NCBI GenBank assembly: GCA_036298225.1
Contig: JAXJJM010000011.1
Coordinates: 1,056-65,055 of the forward strand
Direction: 5' to 3'
Source: Collinsella sp.
Lineage (GTDB): Bacteria; Actinomycetota; Coriobacteriia; Coriobacteriales; Coriobacteriaceae
Length of the DNA: 64,000 nucleotides
Shown: positions 1 to 9,583 of the stretch, in pieces
How the letters are laid out: each line of letters starts with the position of its first letter
Position numbering within the stretch: the first letter of the stretch is position 1
The notes under the pieces: generated by a model
Databases searched by the model: none
What the model was told of the DNA's origin: nothing
Seen by the model: the letters and a program-made list of their open reading frames with translations, nothing else
Position numbers and translations under genes: made by a program

Positions 1-1
1 C

Positions 2-1129
2 TTCAATTTTGAGGATGAGCGCTTGCGCCCGTATGAGCCATCGCTGCTGGCGGACGTGCTCGACACGTTCTATGCGCTGTATCCTGTTGCTCGAACCGAG
101 GGCGCTTACATTTTCTTTGACGAGATCCAGGAAATTCCCGAATGGGGTGCGTTTCTGCGGCGTGTAGTCGATACGGAGAAAGCGACCGTCTATGTGACGG
201 GATCTTCTTCTAAGATGCTGTCCTCAGAACTTAAGAGCGAGTTCAGGGGTCGTTCTCTTGTGCGAGAGCTTTTTCCGTTGAGTTTTTCGGAATACGTTCG
301 ATATAAGACGGGGAGCGTTCTCGAGCCAGATGCGACCTTTTCCCCGAGCGATGCAGCGCTGCTTCGACATCATCTGATCGGGTATCTTGAACGAGGGGGA
401 TTCATTGCGACACTTGAGCAGACGCCTGCAGACGCGATTCAGCTGCTACAGGAATATGCTTCGCGAACGGTCGCCATGGACGTCGTTGAACGTTACGACG
501 TCAAGAACCCTCGCCTGGCATCGCTGTTCTTGACGCGGTGTATGGCATCTTCGGGACGAGAGCTGTCAGTGAACAAAGTGTACAACGAGTTCAAGAGCAG
601 ACAGATACCCGTCAGTCGTAATTCGCTTAGCGATTTACTTGAGTATTATGAGGACGCCTACCTGTTATTTTCTGTGCCGGAGTTCACGCGTTCACTGGCA
701 AATAACATGCGGTCTGCGTCTAAGGTCTACGCTGTCGACCCTGCGATGTTTGGAGCATTCTCTCCCGCATCAGCATTGGACCAGGGCCAGAGGCTCGAGA
801 CCGCAGTGTTCAATGCGCTAAGAAGAAAGACTCCCGCGGTGAGGACCGGCTCGGTCTGCCGCCTGCTGATCAAAGAGAAGAGCAAAAGCCATGAGGTGGA
901 CTTTGTGGCTGGGGACGCGCTTCTCATGCGGGCTTATAGCCTGATTCAGGTGAGTGTGGATATGGCAAGTGAGAAAACGCGCGAGCGCGAAATTGCCGCG
1001 CTTGATGCCTCGATGGCCCAGTTCGATCTTGGCGAGTCGGCAATCGTTACCATGGATGAGCAGGCCGATATTCCATGCGAACACGGTGTGGTACACGTTA
1101 TGCCCGCATGGAAGTGGCTCCTTGCCTAA
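2..1129 (+). CDS. AAA+ ATP-binding protein (AAA_14/DUF4143-like), 5' truncated by window edge
   Basis: Frame open from window start (FNFEDERL...); Walker B FFDEIQ, VTGSSS, L.RGGF and C-terminal EVDFV/LIQVS motifs typical of this family. Confidence 0.8.
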   Translation, partial: FNFEDERLRPYEPSLLADVLDTFYALYPVARTEGAYIFFDEIQEIPEWGAFLRRVVDTEKATVYVTGSSSKMLSSELKSEFRGRSLVRELFPLSFSEYVRYKTGSVLEPDATFSPSDAALLRHHLIGYLERGGFIATLEQTPADAIQLLQEYASRTVAMDVVERYDVKNPRLASLFLTRCMASSGRELSVNKVYNEFKSRQIPVSRNSLSDLLEYYEDAYLLFSVPEFTRSLANNMRSASKVYAVDPAMFGAFSPASALDQGQRLETAVFNALRRKTPAVRTGSVCRLLIKEKSKSHEVDFVAGDALLMRAYSLIQVSVDMASEKTREREIAALDASMAQFDLGESAIVTMDEQADIPCEHGVVHVMPAWKWLLA

Positions 1130-1144
1130 TCATCTACGGATCGT

Positions 1145-1166
1145 GGGGCCAGGACCTCCTGGCCCC
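1145..1166. terminator. Hairpin between convergent genes
   Basis: GGGGCCAGG-acct-CCTGGCCCC perfect stem. Confidence 0.55.
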
Positions 1167-1201
1167 TTCATCATGGTTGGGGGGCACCTTGCTGCGCCCG
1201 G

Positions 1202-2683
1202 CTAGTCCTGGGCTTTGATGCTCGGCAGCAGGATCTGCGCGAGGTAGTCGGTTTCGAGCTTAGTGGCACCATCGGCCTTGCCGTCTTTACCCACCAGGTC
1301 GTTCTTGATCTGGCTATACGTATAGCGGTTGCCGGTCGTAAGCTCGACAAGCTCAATGGCCGTGTCCATGGGGTAGGTTGACACGGGGTTCTGCGTCCGT
1401 CCGTTGATGGTCTGGGGCACCACGTACGGATAGACGGGGCCGCTGGCGTAGACGGTATAACCGTTGCCTAGATTGGCCGCACCCAAAACCGTATCGCCTT
1501 CATCGGGCGTAAAGCTCTCGCCCTCGCGCACCGCGACGAGCGTCACGAGCGGCGTATTGGCGTCGTCGCCCAGATAGATGCATAGCGTGCTGCCGTTTTG
1601 CCAAGTTGCGACCTTGCCGTACCACTCGACGGGAATATCGAGCTGGTAGAGGTCGGTTGCCTTGTGGCGAGCGTCAGCATCACGGGACGCCTGTGCCTTT
1701 TGCGCGCTCACGGCATTGACGGCGGCGTCGCGCCGCGCGGTTGCTGCCTGCTGGAGCACTTTGGCAGCCGCGGCGGAGCTCGCACCGCCCTCCTCGGCAT
1801 ACTTGGCGGCGGCATCGATCTGGTCGTCAGTCACCGTGTCGGCCGAAGGCACCTTGAGCTTAAAGGTGGCCTGGGCACTTAAATCCTGTCCATCGCTCTT
1901 AACGGTGACCTGCGTCTTGGTGGTCGGGACGGTATAGATGGTGCCGTCGGCCGCGATGGGGGAGGCAGCGATGGAGAGCGTGTAATCGCCGGGCAGCAGT
2001 TTGATGCCGCGGCCGTGCTCGTCAACATAGAGCGTTTCGCTCACGGAGGAGCCATCAGCGTCCTGACCGCTCACCTGTACGGGAATCTTGGAGCCGGCGG
2101 AACAGTCTAGCCCCGCGGTATGTACGCCAATCTGCACCGACATCATCGTGTGGGCATTGGCGGCGGTGATGGCAGCCTGCTCTTGCCGGTATCCGTTCCA
2201 GGCTGCGTAGCCTGCGCCGCCGGCGACGAGCGCGACGGCCACAACGCCGGCAACCATCAGGTTGCGGCGCTTGGGCGACATCTTGCGATGGCGGGCCTCG
2301 GCTTCGTGTGCCGAGGGAACGGACGGCAGGGGAATATCGCCCATGGCGATGGTTTCGTCCACGGCTGGTGCGGAACCCAGGCCGGGAAGCTCGCGAGTCA
2401 GCGAATCCTCGGCCGGCAAGCTGCCGAGCAAGATGGTTTCCTCGCTCGTGTCGGATTCGGGCTGGTCGTCGGCCTCGCTATCGTCCTCTTCGGCTTCGTC
2501 AGGAGCGTCTTTGGCGTCGCTGCCTTCGTCCTCAGTGTCTTCGTACACCTCGTCCTGCGCGTCGACGGCCGAATCGCTAAACGAGAGCTCGTCTAGCGCG
2601 ATCCGGTCAAGGCTCTCCAGGGCTTCGGCACATGCTTCCGCATCCTGGGCCGCATCCTCGCGGCCATACGTCTCATCGCTCAT
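1202..2683 (-). CDS. Membrane-anchored protein with acidic low-complexity N-terminal tail and extracellular domain
   Basis: ATG at 2683 after a G-rich RBS; D/E-rich N-terminus, basic stretch then one TM (LMVAGVVAVALVAGGAGYAAW). Confidence 0.7.
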   Translation of the reverse strand: MSDETYGREDAAQDAEACAEALESLDRIALDELSFSDSAVDAQDEVYEDTEDEGSDAKDAPDEAEEDDSEADDQPESDTSEETILLGSLPAEDSLTRELPGLGSAPAVDETIAMGDIPLPSVPSAHEAEARHRKMSPKRRNLMVAGVVAVALVAGGAGYAAWNGYRQEQAAITAANAHTMMSVQIGVHTAGLDCSAGSKIPVQVSGQDADGSSVSETLYVDEHGRGIKLLPGDYTLSIAASPIAADGTIYTVPTTKTQVTVKSDGQDLSAQATFKLKVPSADTVTDDQIDAAAKYAEEGGASSAAAAKVLQQAATARRDAAVNAVSAQKAQASRDADARHKATDLYQLDIPVEWYGKVATWQNGSTLCIYLGDDANTPLVTLVAVREGESFTPDEGDTVLGAANLGNGYTVYASGPVYPYVVPQTINGRTQNPVSTYPMDTAIELVELTTGNRYTYSQIKNDLVGKDGKADGATKLETDYLAQILLPSIKAQD

Positions 2684-2805
2684 ATATCCCCCAATGCAAT
2701 ATCGGCTCAACACTGTACCCAAAAATGGAGCCATATAAAGCGCATACGAAATATAAGATCCGATTTAACCTGAGCACATCGTTCGGCCGCATCCTCGCGG
2801 CAGCA

Positions 2806-2846
2806 AAAGGCCCCCGGAACGCGAACGAATCACATTCCGGGGGCTC
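2806..2846 (-). terminator. Intrinsic terminator downstream of DUF5692 gene
   Basis: AGCCCCCGGAA...TTCCGGGGGCT stem followed by a T run on the minus strand. Confidence 0.6.
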
Positions 2847-2915
2847 TGCAATACGTTGCATTGCGCGGAGCCGGCTATGCTGCTTCGCGCTCAAGCGATG
2901 TTTGCGCCAGGCACG

Positions 2916-3922
2916 TTACTCGGCGTGCGCGTAATCCACCTTGGCGCGGCGAGCAGTAGCCTTCTCCCAATCGCTGGTTCCCTCAAAGACGTCCTGCTTG
3001 TAGGGATTGCGGCCGAGCTTCTTGGCACGGTAGGCGATGTAGATGATCGCGGCGACGTTGGCGACCAGTGCGGCGATTGAGACCGCAGTAGCGGCGCCGG
3101 GGTCGAGCGTGGAGTGGGTCACAAAGATGGACTCCTCCTGGAAGTACGGGAACACCTGGGCAAACATGCACCAAATGGCCAGCGTAAAGGCGCGGTTCTG
3201 AATCCAGCCGCCCTTGTTCCAGATAAAGGCGGCGACGGTGGGCGCCAGAAGCAGCGCAAAGCCGCAGAACCAGGAGTGGGTGGGCAGGCAGTTGTAGGTG
3301 TAGCAGAAGTTCCAGATATCGTAGGCGATGATGTAGACCCAGGTCATATCGGGCCACAGCATGTCGGTCTGATCCTCGGAGGCGTAGACGCTCCACCAAC
3401 CGGTCATGCAGAAGATGTTGATAATACCGGCGATGCCGTTGAACACGTTGTTCCAGCCGGCCAGCTGCGTAGCACCTTCGGAGGTGACCCAGGTGGACTC
3501 GCCCAGGACAAAGAAGTGATAGGCGCTCTCAAAGTCGGACACGACGGCGATCATGATGTTGATGGCGACGATCACAAACGGCCATGCGCGGAACCAATGC
3601 GCCTTGCCAATCTTGCCCCACTGGTACTTAATGGCAATGAAGCCCCAGCAACCGGCCAGCGCCGCGTATACCTTGGCGTAGTGGAACCAGCTGTTCTGGT
3701 ACACATGGGTGGGGTTGGTGAGCGCCCACTCGGCACCCTGCGAGACGCCGATGGCGATGGCGACGCAGTAGATGGTCATGGCCAGCGGAGCCACGCCAAA
3801 GATGATTGCCGCGCCCAGCTTGGTGCGGCGGCCGCCTCGTTGAGCACGATCAGGCCAATAAAGACCATGGCCCAGCCGGCCCAGTGGATAAGGGTATCGC
3901 TACCCCAAACATCGAACAGCAT
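2916..3922 (-). pseudogene. DUF5692-like multi-TM membrane protein with a 1-nt frameshift near 3830
   Basis: RBS GAAAGGAG + ATG at 3922 gives MLFDVWGSDT...IVLNEA; the continuation RRTKLGAAIIFGVAPLAM is in another frame (gag gcg gc cgc cgc). Body motifs WFHYAK, DMLWPDMTW, WNFCYTYNCLP, WIQNRA. Could be a sequencing error. Confidence 0.65.
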
Positions 3923-3985
3923 GCTGCTCTCCTTTCACACGCCCGCGGCCCCTCTTCTGATCGCGGGCAGTTTGGCCAAATGTCG

Positions 3986-4648
3986 TCAGTTCTGGGGCTT
4001 GCGCTCCGGATACTTGGCGGTATAGCCCTCGATGTGGAGTGTCGAGGCGATGATTTCCTTGACCGTCTCGTCGGGCACATCGGGGTGCGTGCGGATATAC
4101 ATCAACAACCCCATGATGAGGGTGTAGAACGTCTCGTAGACATGGTCGATGCGTAGCTCATGATGGGCGGCAAAATCCACCACGGTGGTGTCGCAGATAT
4201 ACTGCGCCACACGCTGGACCACGTTGTGCAAAAAGCCGCCGTAGAGCGCGCCGCTGCTTGAGGTGAGCGTACTCGGCAGCTCGTGGCCGCTGACGACCAG
4301 GCGCTTAAAGAGCGGGGCGACGGTGTCGAGTGCGCCCTCGATATCACCGACGGTGCGGTTGGCATTCCACTGCTCGAGCTCGGAGATAAAACCGTCGATC
4401 GCCTCGTCCATGACGGCGGTGACAGCGGCGTCCATGTCGGCAAAGTAGTGGTAGAACAATGAGCGCGTGCAGCCGGCTCGCTTGGTCACGGCCGAGACGG
4501 ATAGATGCGACACGCCTAGCTCAGAGCTCACGGTGCGCACGGCGGCGAGGATCTCGCGACGGCGTTCGTCGCCCGTCAAGCGCTTTGCCGCGCTATCGGA
4601 TGCGGGGACGGCATCGACCACAGAGGTATCTGCTGTGTTGTTGCTCAT
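3986..4648 (-). CDS. TetR/AcrR family transcriptional regulator
   Basis: N-terminal HTH RRREILAA...SVSAVTKRAGCTRSLFYHYF. Confidence 0.9.
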   Translation of the reverse strand: MSNNTADTSVVDAVPASDSAAKRLTGDERRREILAAVRTVSSELGVSHLSVSAVTKRAGCTRSLFYHYFADMDAAVTAVMDEAIDGFISELEQWNANRTVGDIEGALDTVAPLFKRLVVSGHELPSTLTSSSGALYGGFLHNVVQRVAQYICDTTVVDFAAHHELRIDHVYETFYTLIMGLLMYIRTHPDVPDETVKEIIASTLHIEGYTAKYPERKPQN

Positions 4649-4706
4649 GTTTTGCCGCCTTTCATCCTCTTTTGCCTGACCGTTCGCCTAACAGTCTTGA
4701 ATATTG

Positions 4707-4744
4707 TTGACGGTTCGTCAATACTATTTTTGACACAATGTCAA
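4707..4744. promoter_or_regulatory. Tandem palindromic operators TTGAC-N5-GTCAA, probable TetR sites
   Basis: TTGACGGTTCGTCAA (4707-4721) and TTGACACAATGTCAA (4730-4744) in the divergent tetR/oxidoreductase intergenic region. Confidence 0.65.
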
Positions 4745-4837
4745 CTAATGGCGGGTGAACGGCATGGGGGCATGCCCGGCCTGCAAAAAAGAGGGGTGCC
4801 GCGGTCTCGCCGGGCTGTGGCAAGAGAAGGGACAACC

Positions 4838-7615
4838 ATGATTCTCAACGGACCGGGGATTAGCTACACCGAGCCCGACATCGGTTCGGAGTTCGTGCCG
4901 CCGCTGCCGGAGCATCCGCGCGAGGCCATCGTCAAGCTGTGCGAGCACTGCACCAACCGTCTGCTGCATCGCGATGAGCTGCTGGGCTACGAGTACTGGT
5001 CGTTTGCCGAGGCCGCGACTGACGAGCAGGCCGAAGTGCTCTGCAAGATGAAGATGCGCCGTCCCTATACGCTGCCCGAGATGGTCAAGCTCACCGGCAT
5101 GCCCGAAGCCGATATCGAGAAGATGCTCGACGATATGAGCTACACGGGCCTGCTCGAGTACAACTGGGAAAACCCCGAGCGCGCCAAGCAGTGGGTGCTG
5201 CCCATGCTGGTGCCGGGTTCCGCTGAGTTTCTCAACATGCGCGTGAGCCAGCTCGAGGAGCACCCGGTCTATGCCAAGTTCTTTGAGCAGGCGTCCAAGG
5301 GACCGCTGTCCAAGGCCACGCCGATGGTGCCGCCCGGTGGTGCCGGCATCGGCATGCATGTCATTCCGGTCGAGAAGGCTATCGATGCCGCGAGCACGTC
5401 GGTGCCGATCGAGCATATCGAGCATTGGCTCGACAAATACGATGGCAAATATGCCGCTAGCACCTGCAGCTGCCGCGCGAGCCGTCGCGTGATGGGTGAG
5501 GGCTGCGCCGACGACCCGGCCGATTGGTGCATCGCCGTGGGCGATATGGCCGACTACGTGGTCGAGACCGACCGCGGCCATTACGTGACGCGCGACGAGG
5601 TTTACGACATCCTGCGCCAGGCCGAGGACAACGGCTTTGTGCACCAGATCACCAACATCGACGGCGAGAACAAGATCTTCGCCATCTGCAACTGCAACGT
5701 CAACGTGTGCTATGCCCTGCGCACCTCGCAGCTGTTCAACACGCCCAACCTGTCGCGCTCGGCCTATGTCGCCAAGGTCGAGAAGGACAAGTGCGTGGCC
5801 TGCGGTCGCTGCGTTGAGGTGTGCCCGGCCGGTGCCGCCAAGCTCGGCCAGAAGCTCTGCAGCAAAAAGGCCGGCGGACAGGTGCCCGAGTATCCGCGCC
5901 AGGAGCTGCCCGATGCCACCAAGTGGGACCACACCAAGTGGTCGCCCAACTACCGCAACGATAACCGTATCGAGACGCACGAGTCCGGCACCGCGCCCTG
6001 CAAGACGGCTTGCCCCGCGCACGTTGCCGTCCAGGGCTACTTAAAGCTCGCGGCGCAGGGCCGCTATGACGAGGCGCTGGCGCTCATCAAGCGCGAGAAC
6101 CCGCTGCCCGCTATCTGCGGCCGTGTGTGCAACCGCCGCTGTGAGGATGCCTGCACCCGTGGCCGTGTGGACGCCGCCGTGGCTATCGACGAGGTCAAGA
6201 AGTTTATCGCCCAGCGCGATCTTGATGCCGCGACCCGCTATGTCCCACCCGTGGTGACGCCGACGCGCGCCGGCGGCTTCGATCAGAAGATCGCCATCAT
6301 CGGTGCCGGCCCGGCCGGTCTGTCCTGTGCCTTCTATCTGGCCGAGAAGGGCTACAAGCCCGTCGTGTTCGAGAAGAACGAGCGCCCGGGCGGCATGCTC
6401 ACCTATGGCATTCCCAGCTTTAAGCTGGAGAAGGACGTTATCGAGGCCGAGGTCGAAGTTATTCGCCTGATGGGTGCCGAGTTCCGCTATGGCGTGGAGG
6501 TCGGTCGCGATGTGACGCTCGACGAGCTGCGCGCGCAGGGCTTTAAGGCCTTCTACGTTGCCATTGGCTGCCAGGGCGGCCGCCTTGCGGGCATTCCGGG
6601 CGAGGGTGCCGAGGACGTGACCGTGGCCGTCGACTTCCTTCGCGAGGTTAACAGCGGCAAGATCGATTCCCTGTCCGGCCGCACCATTGTGGTGGGCGGC
6701 GGCAACGTGGCTATCGATGTCGCGCGCAACGCCTGCCGTCTGGGTTCCGAGCACGTTGAGATGTTCTGCCTGGAGAGCGATGCCCAGATGCCTGCCAGCG
6801 AGGAGGAGCGTCGCGAGGCCATTGAGGATGGCGCGCACATCAGCTGCGGATGGGGCCCCAAGGAGATTCACCTGGACGAGGCCGGTCGCGTGTGCGGCAT
6901 CACCTTCAAGCGCTGCACGCGTGTCTTTGACGACGAGGGCCGTTTTGCGCCCGAGTACGACGAGAACGATCTGCGCCGTGTCGATGCCGACCGTGTCGTC
7001 ATGTCGATTGGCCAGTCCATTGTGTGGGGCGACCTGCTGGCTGGCTCCAAGGTGGAGCTCGGCCGCGGCCAGGGCGCCCTGGCCGATCCCCAGACTTACC
7101 AGACCGCCGAACCCGACATCTTTGTGGGCGGCGACGTCTACACCGGCCCCAGCTTTGCCATCGATGCCATTGCCGCCGGCCACGAGGCTGCCGTGTCCAT
7201 CCATCGCTTTGTGCAGCCGGGCTCCACGCTCACCATCGGCCGCAACCAGCGCCGCTACACCGCGCTCGACCGCGACGATGTCGTGATCGAGAGCTACGAC
7301 AACGCGAGCCGCGAGGTTGCGCATGTGGACCGCGAACGCGAGAAGGCTGCGCCGTTTAGCGAGTATGTTGAGACCTTTACCGAGGAGCAGGTGCGCGCCG
7401 AGACCGCCCGCTGCCTGGGCTGCGGCGCCTCGATCGTCGACCCCAACAAGTGCATCGGCTGCGGCCTGTGCACCACCAAGTGCGCGTTCGACGCCATCCA
7501 TCTGGATCGCGACCGTCCCGAGTGCTCCACGATGGTCAAATACGAGCAAAAGCTTCCAAGCCTGGGCAAGTACGCGCTCAAGCGCGCCATCAAGATTAAA
7601 TTCGGGAAGAAGTAA
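4838..7615 (+). CDS. Large FAD/NAD(P)-dependent Fe-S oxidoreductase (GltD/PreT-like core with ferredoxin domains)
   Basis: CVACGRCVEVCP and CIGCGLCTTKC 4Fe-4S motifs; APCKTACP...CGRVCNRRCE; Rossmann motifs IIGAGPAGL and VVGGGNVA. Confidence 0.88.
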   Translation: MILNGPGISYTEPDIGSEFVPPLPEHPREAIVKLCEHCTNRLLHRDELLGYEYWSFAEAATDEQAEVLCKMKMRRPYTLPEMVKLTGMPEADIEKMLDDMSYTGLLEYNWENPERAKQWVLPMLVPGSAEFLNMRVSQLEEHPVYAKFFEQASKGPLSKATPMVPPGGAGIGMHVIPVEKAIDAASTSVPIEHIEHWLDKYDGKYAASTCSCRASRRVMGEGCADDPADWCIAVGDMADYVVETDRGHYVTRDEVYDILRQAEDNGFVHQITNIDGENKIFAICNCNVNVCYALRTSQLFNTPNLSRSAYVAKVEKDKCVACGRCVEVCPAGAAKLGQKLCSKKAGGQVPEYPRQELPDATKWDHTKWSPNYRNDNRIETHESGTAPCKTACPAHVAVQGYLKLAAQGRYDEALALIKRENPLPAICGRVCNRRCEDACTRGRVDAAVAIDEVKKFIAQRDLDAATRYVPPVVTPTRAGGFDQKIAIIGAGPAGLSCAFYLAEKGYKPVVFEKNERPGGMLTYGIPSFKLEKDVIEAEVEVIRLMGAEFRYGVEVGRDVTLDELRAQGFKAFYVAIGCQGGRLAGIPGEGAEDVTVAVDFLREVNSGKIDSLSGRTIVVGGGNVAIDVARNACRLGSEHVEMFCLESDAQMPASEEERREAIEDGAHISCGWGPKEIHLDEAGRVCGITFKRCTRVFDDEGRFAPEYDENDLRRVDADRVVMSIGQSIVWGDLLAGSKVELGRGQGALADPQTYQTAEPDIFVGGDVYTGPSFAIDAIAAGHEAAVSIHRFVQPGSTLTIGRNQRRYTALDRDDVVIESYDNASREVAHVDREREKAAPFSEYVETFTEEQVRAETARCLGCGASIVDPNKCIGCGLCTTKCAFDAIHLDRDRPECSTMVKYEQKLPSLGKYALKRAIKIKFGKK

Positions 7616-7647
7616 GAAACGCAACAAGCAGGAGAACGGCGCAGAGA

Positions 7648-7779
7648 GCGGTTGGACAGCGAGCGAGTCCCAGGCGTGGCGAGGTGCCTTGAAAGAGGAG
7701 GGCATAGGGCTTTTGCCCATGCCCGACGATTGAAAGGCAGATCGCCCGTCTGGGGCTCGCGCAGCGTCAAGCCGACCGC
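7648..7779 (+). repeat. ~130-nt imperfect long hairpin between oxidoreductase and hypA
   Basis: Nested pairing GCGGTTGG/CCGACCGC, GCGAGTCCCAGGCG/CGTCTGGGGCTCGC, GGGCATAGGGC/GCCCATGCCC. Confidence 0.55.
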
Positions 7780-7809
7780 CGTTCGGTAGAACGGCGGAAG
7801 GAATTAAAA

Positions 7810-8238
7810 GTGCACGAGCTCGGAATCGTCTATCACATCATTCGCGATGTTGAGAATGTGGCGCGCGCTCATGGCGTGCGTCGCGTTTCGAGCGTCACGC
7901 TGCTGCTGGGCGAGGTCTCGGGCGTCGTCCCCGATCTACTACTCGACGCTTGGCGCTGGGCGGCGGATAAAAAGCCTATCACGCAGGGCGCGGAGCTTAT
8001 CGTGGAGCCTGTCGAGGCCGTGACGCATTGCGAGGCGTGCGGCCGCGACTACGCGACGGTCGAGCACGGCAAGACTTGCCCCCATTGCGGCAGCGGTGAA
8101 ACATACCTGCTGCAGGGCCAGGAGGTCATGATCAAACAGATCGAGACCCCTGACGAGGACCCGGCAGACGCTGCTCCTGACGGCCTCTCCGACGCCCCCG
8201 ATGCCGTCGACGCCGCCAACCCTCTCCACATCGCCTAA
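7810..8238 (+). CDS. hypA: Nickel metallochaperone HypA
   Basis: N-terminal MHE Ni motif, GEVSGVVP, two CxxC motifs (CEAC, CPHC). Confidence 0.92.
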   Translation: MHELGIVYHIIRDVENVARAHGVRRVSSVTLLLGEVSGVVPDLLLDAWRWAADKKPITQGAELIVEPVEAVTHCEACGRDYATVEHGKTCPHCGSGETYLLQGQEVMIKQIETPDEDPADAAPDGLSDAPDAVDAANPLHIA

Positions 8239-8300
8239 CATCTAATGTCTACATGGGCTAGAGTTCTAAACATATTTGCTTCGGTTAGTCAAGTCATGTC

Positions 8301-8474
8301 TGTTTAAACAAAATGGTGGCACGCAGACGCATTGGGATTCACCTAAAAGCGGTCTTAACGAACGGTGCACCTTTATATGTCTTTGAAAACAATCAGCAAA
8401 TCACGTTTTAGCAGGCAATGAGCTATAAGCCAGCAACGTAATCAACTTGTAACAAACTTAGACGTTTAAACAAA
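8301..8474. promoter_or_regulatory. Repeated GTTTAAACAAA motif upstream of PTS operon (possible regulator sites)
   Basis: Palindromic GTTTAAAC core at 8302 and 8464 in an AT-rich promoter region. Confidence 0.35.
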
Positions 8475-8575
8475 TAATGCAACCTTTTGCGAATTTAGCT
8501 ATAATTCCACAATCCAAACAGGTATACTCCTTTCATGTCGTGTAGGAAATACGTAGACAAAAAGGAGGTTATGTG

Positions 8576-9565
8576 ATGGTAAGTATTGTTCTTGCTAGCC
8601 ACGGGGACTTGGCAGCTGGAATCAAGCAGACGGGCTCGATGGTCTTTGGCGATCAGCCGTCTGTTGCCGTGGTCTCGCTCGAGCCGAGCATGGGCCCCGA
8701 CGATTTCCGTGCCAAGGTCGAGGAAGCAGTCGCTTCCTTCGAGGACCAGGAGCAGGTGCTCTTCCTCGTTGATCTGTGGGGCGGCACGCCGTTCAACCAG
8801 ATCAGCGGGCTCATCGAGGGCCACGATTCCTGGGCTATCGTCACCGGTGTCAACCTGCCTATGCTCATCGAGGCATATTCGCAGCGCTTTGACGCAAAGA
8901 ACACTGCACATGCGATCGCAAAACATCTCGTGACTGAGGCTAAGGCTGGCGTGCGTGTCAAGCCCGAGTCTCTGGAGCCCGAGGAGAAGAAGCCGGCTGC
9001 GGCCGCCGCTGCTCCTGCAGGCGCCATCCCTTCGGGAACGGTCATCGGCGATGGGCACATCAAGATCGCCCACGTCCGTATCGACACCCGTCTGCTTCAT
9101 GGTCAGGTGGCCACCACGTGGACCAAGCAGATCAACCCCAACCGCATCATCGTGGTTTCCGACGGCGTTGCTCACGACGAGCTCCGCAAGACCATGATCG
9201 AGCAGGCTGCCCCTCCGGGAGTCCATGCCAACGTCGTGCCCATCAAGAAGATGGCCGAGGTCGTCAAGGACACGCGCTTTGGTGACACCAAGGCCATGCT
9301 GCTCTTCGAGAACCCGCAGGATCTGCTCAGGGCCATCGAGGCCGGTGTCGACATCAAGGAAGTCAACATCGGTTCCATGGCTCACTCCAAGGGCAAGGTC
9401 GTCGTCACCAACGCCGTCGCTATGGGCGATGACGACGTCAAGACTCTCGAGGCCCTCAAGGCCAAGGGCGTCAAGTTCGAGGTCCGCAAGGTTCCTTCGG
9501 ATTCCTCCGAGGATCTCGACGCCATGTTGAAGAAAGCTAAGGCCGAACTGGCCGCTCAAGCATAG
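8576..9565 (+). CDS. manX: PTS mannose-family EIIAB
   Basis: LASHGDLA, DLWGGTPFN, GVNLPML, RIDTRLLHGQV motifs. Confidence 0.93.
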   Translation: MVSIVLASHGDLAAGIKQTGSMVFGDQPSVAVVSLEPSMGPDDFRAKVEEAVASFEDQEQVLFLVDLWGGTPFNQISGLIEGHDSWAIVTGVNLPMLIEAYSQRFDAKNTAHAIAKHLVTEAKAGVRVKPESLEPEEKKPAAAAAAPAGAIPSGTVIGDGHIKIAHVRIDTRLLHGQVATTWTKQINPNRIIVVSDGVAHDELRKTMIEQAAPPGVHANVVPIKKMAEVVKDTRFGDTKAMLLFENPQDLLRAIEAGVDIKEVNIGSMAHSKGKVVVTNAVAMGDDDVKTLEALKAKGVKFEVRKVPSDSSEDLDAMLKKAKAELAAQA

Positions 9566-9583
9566 TAAAGGAGGGTCCGATAC

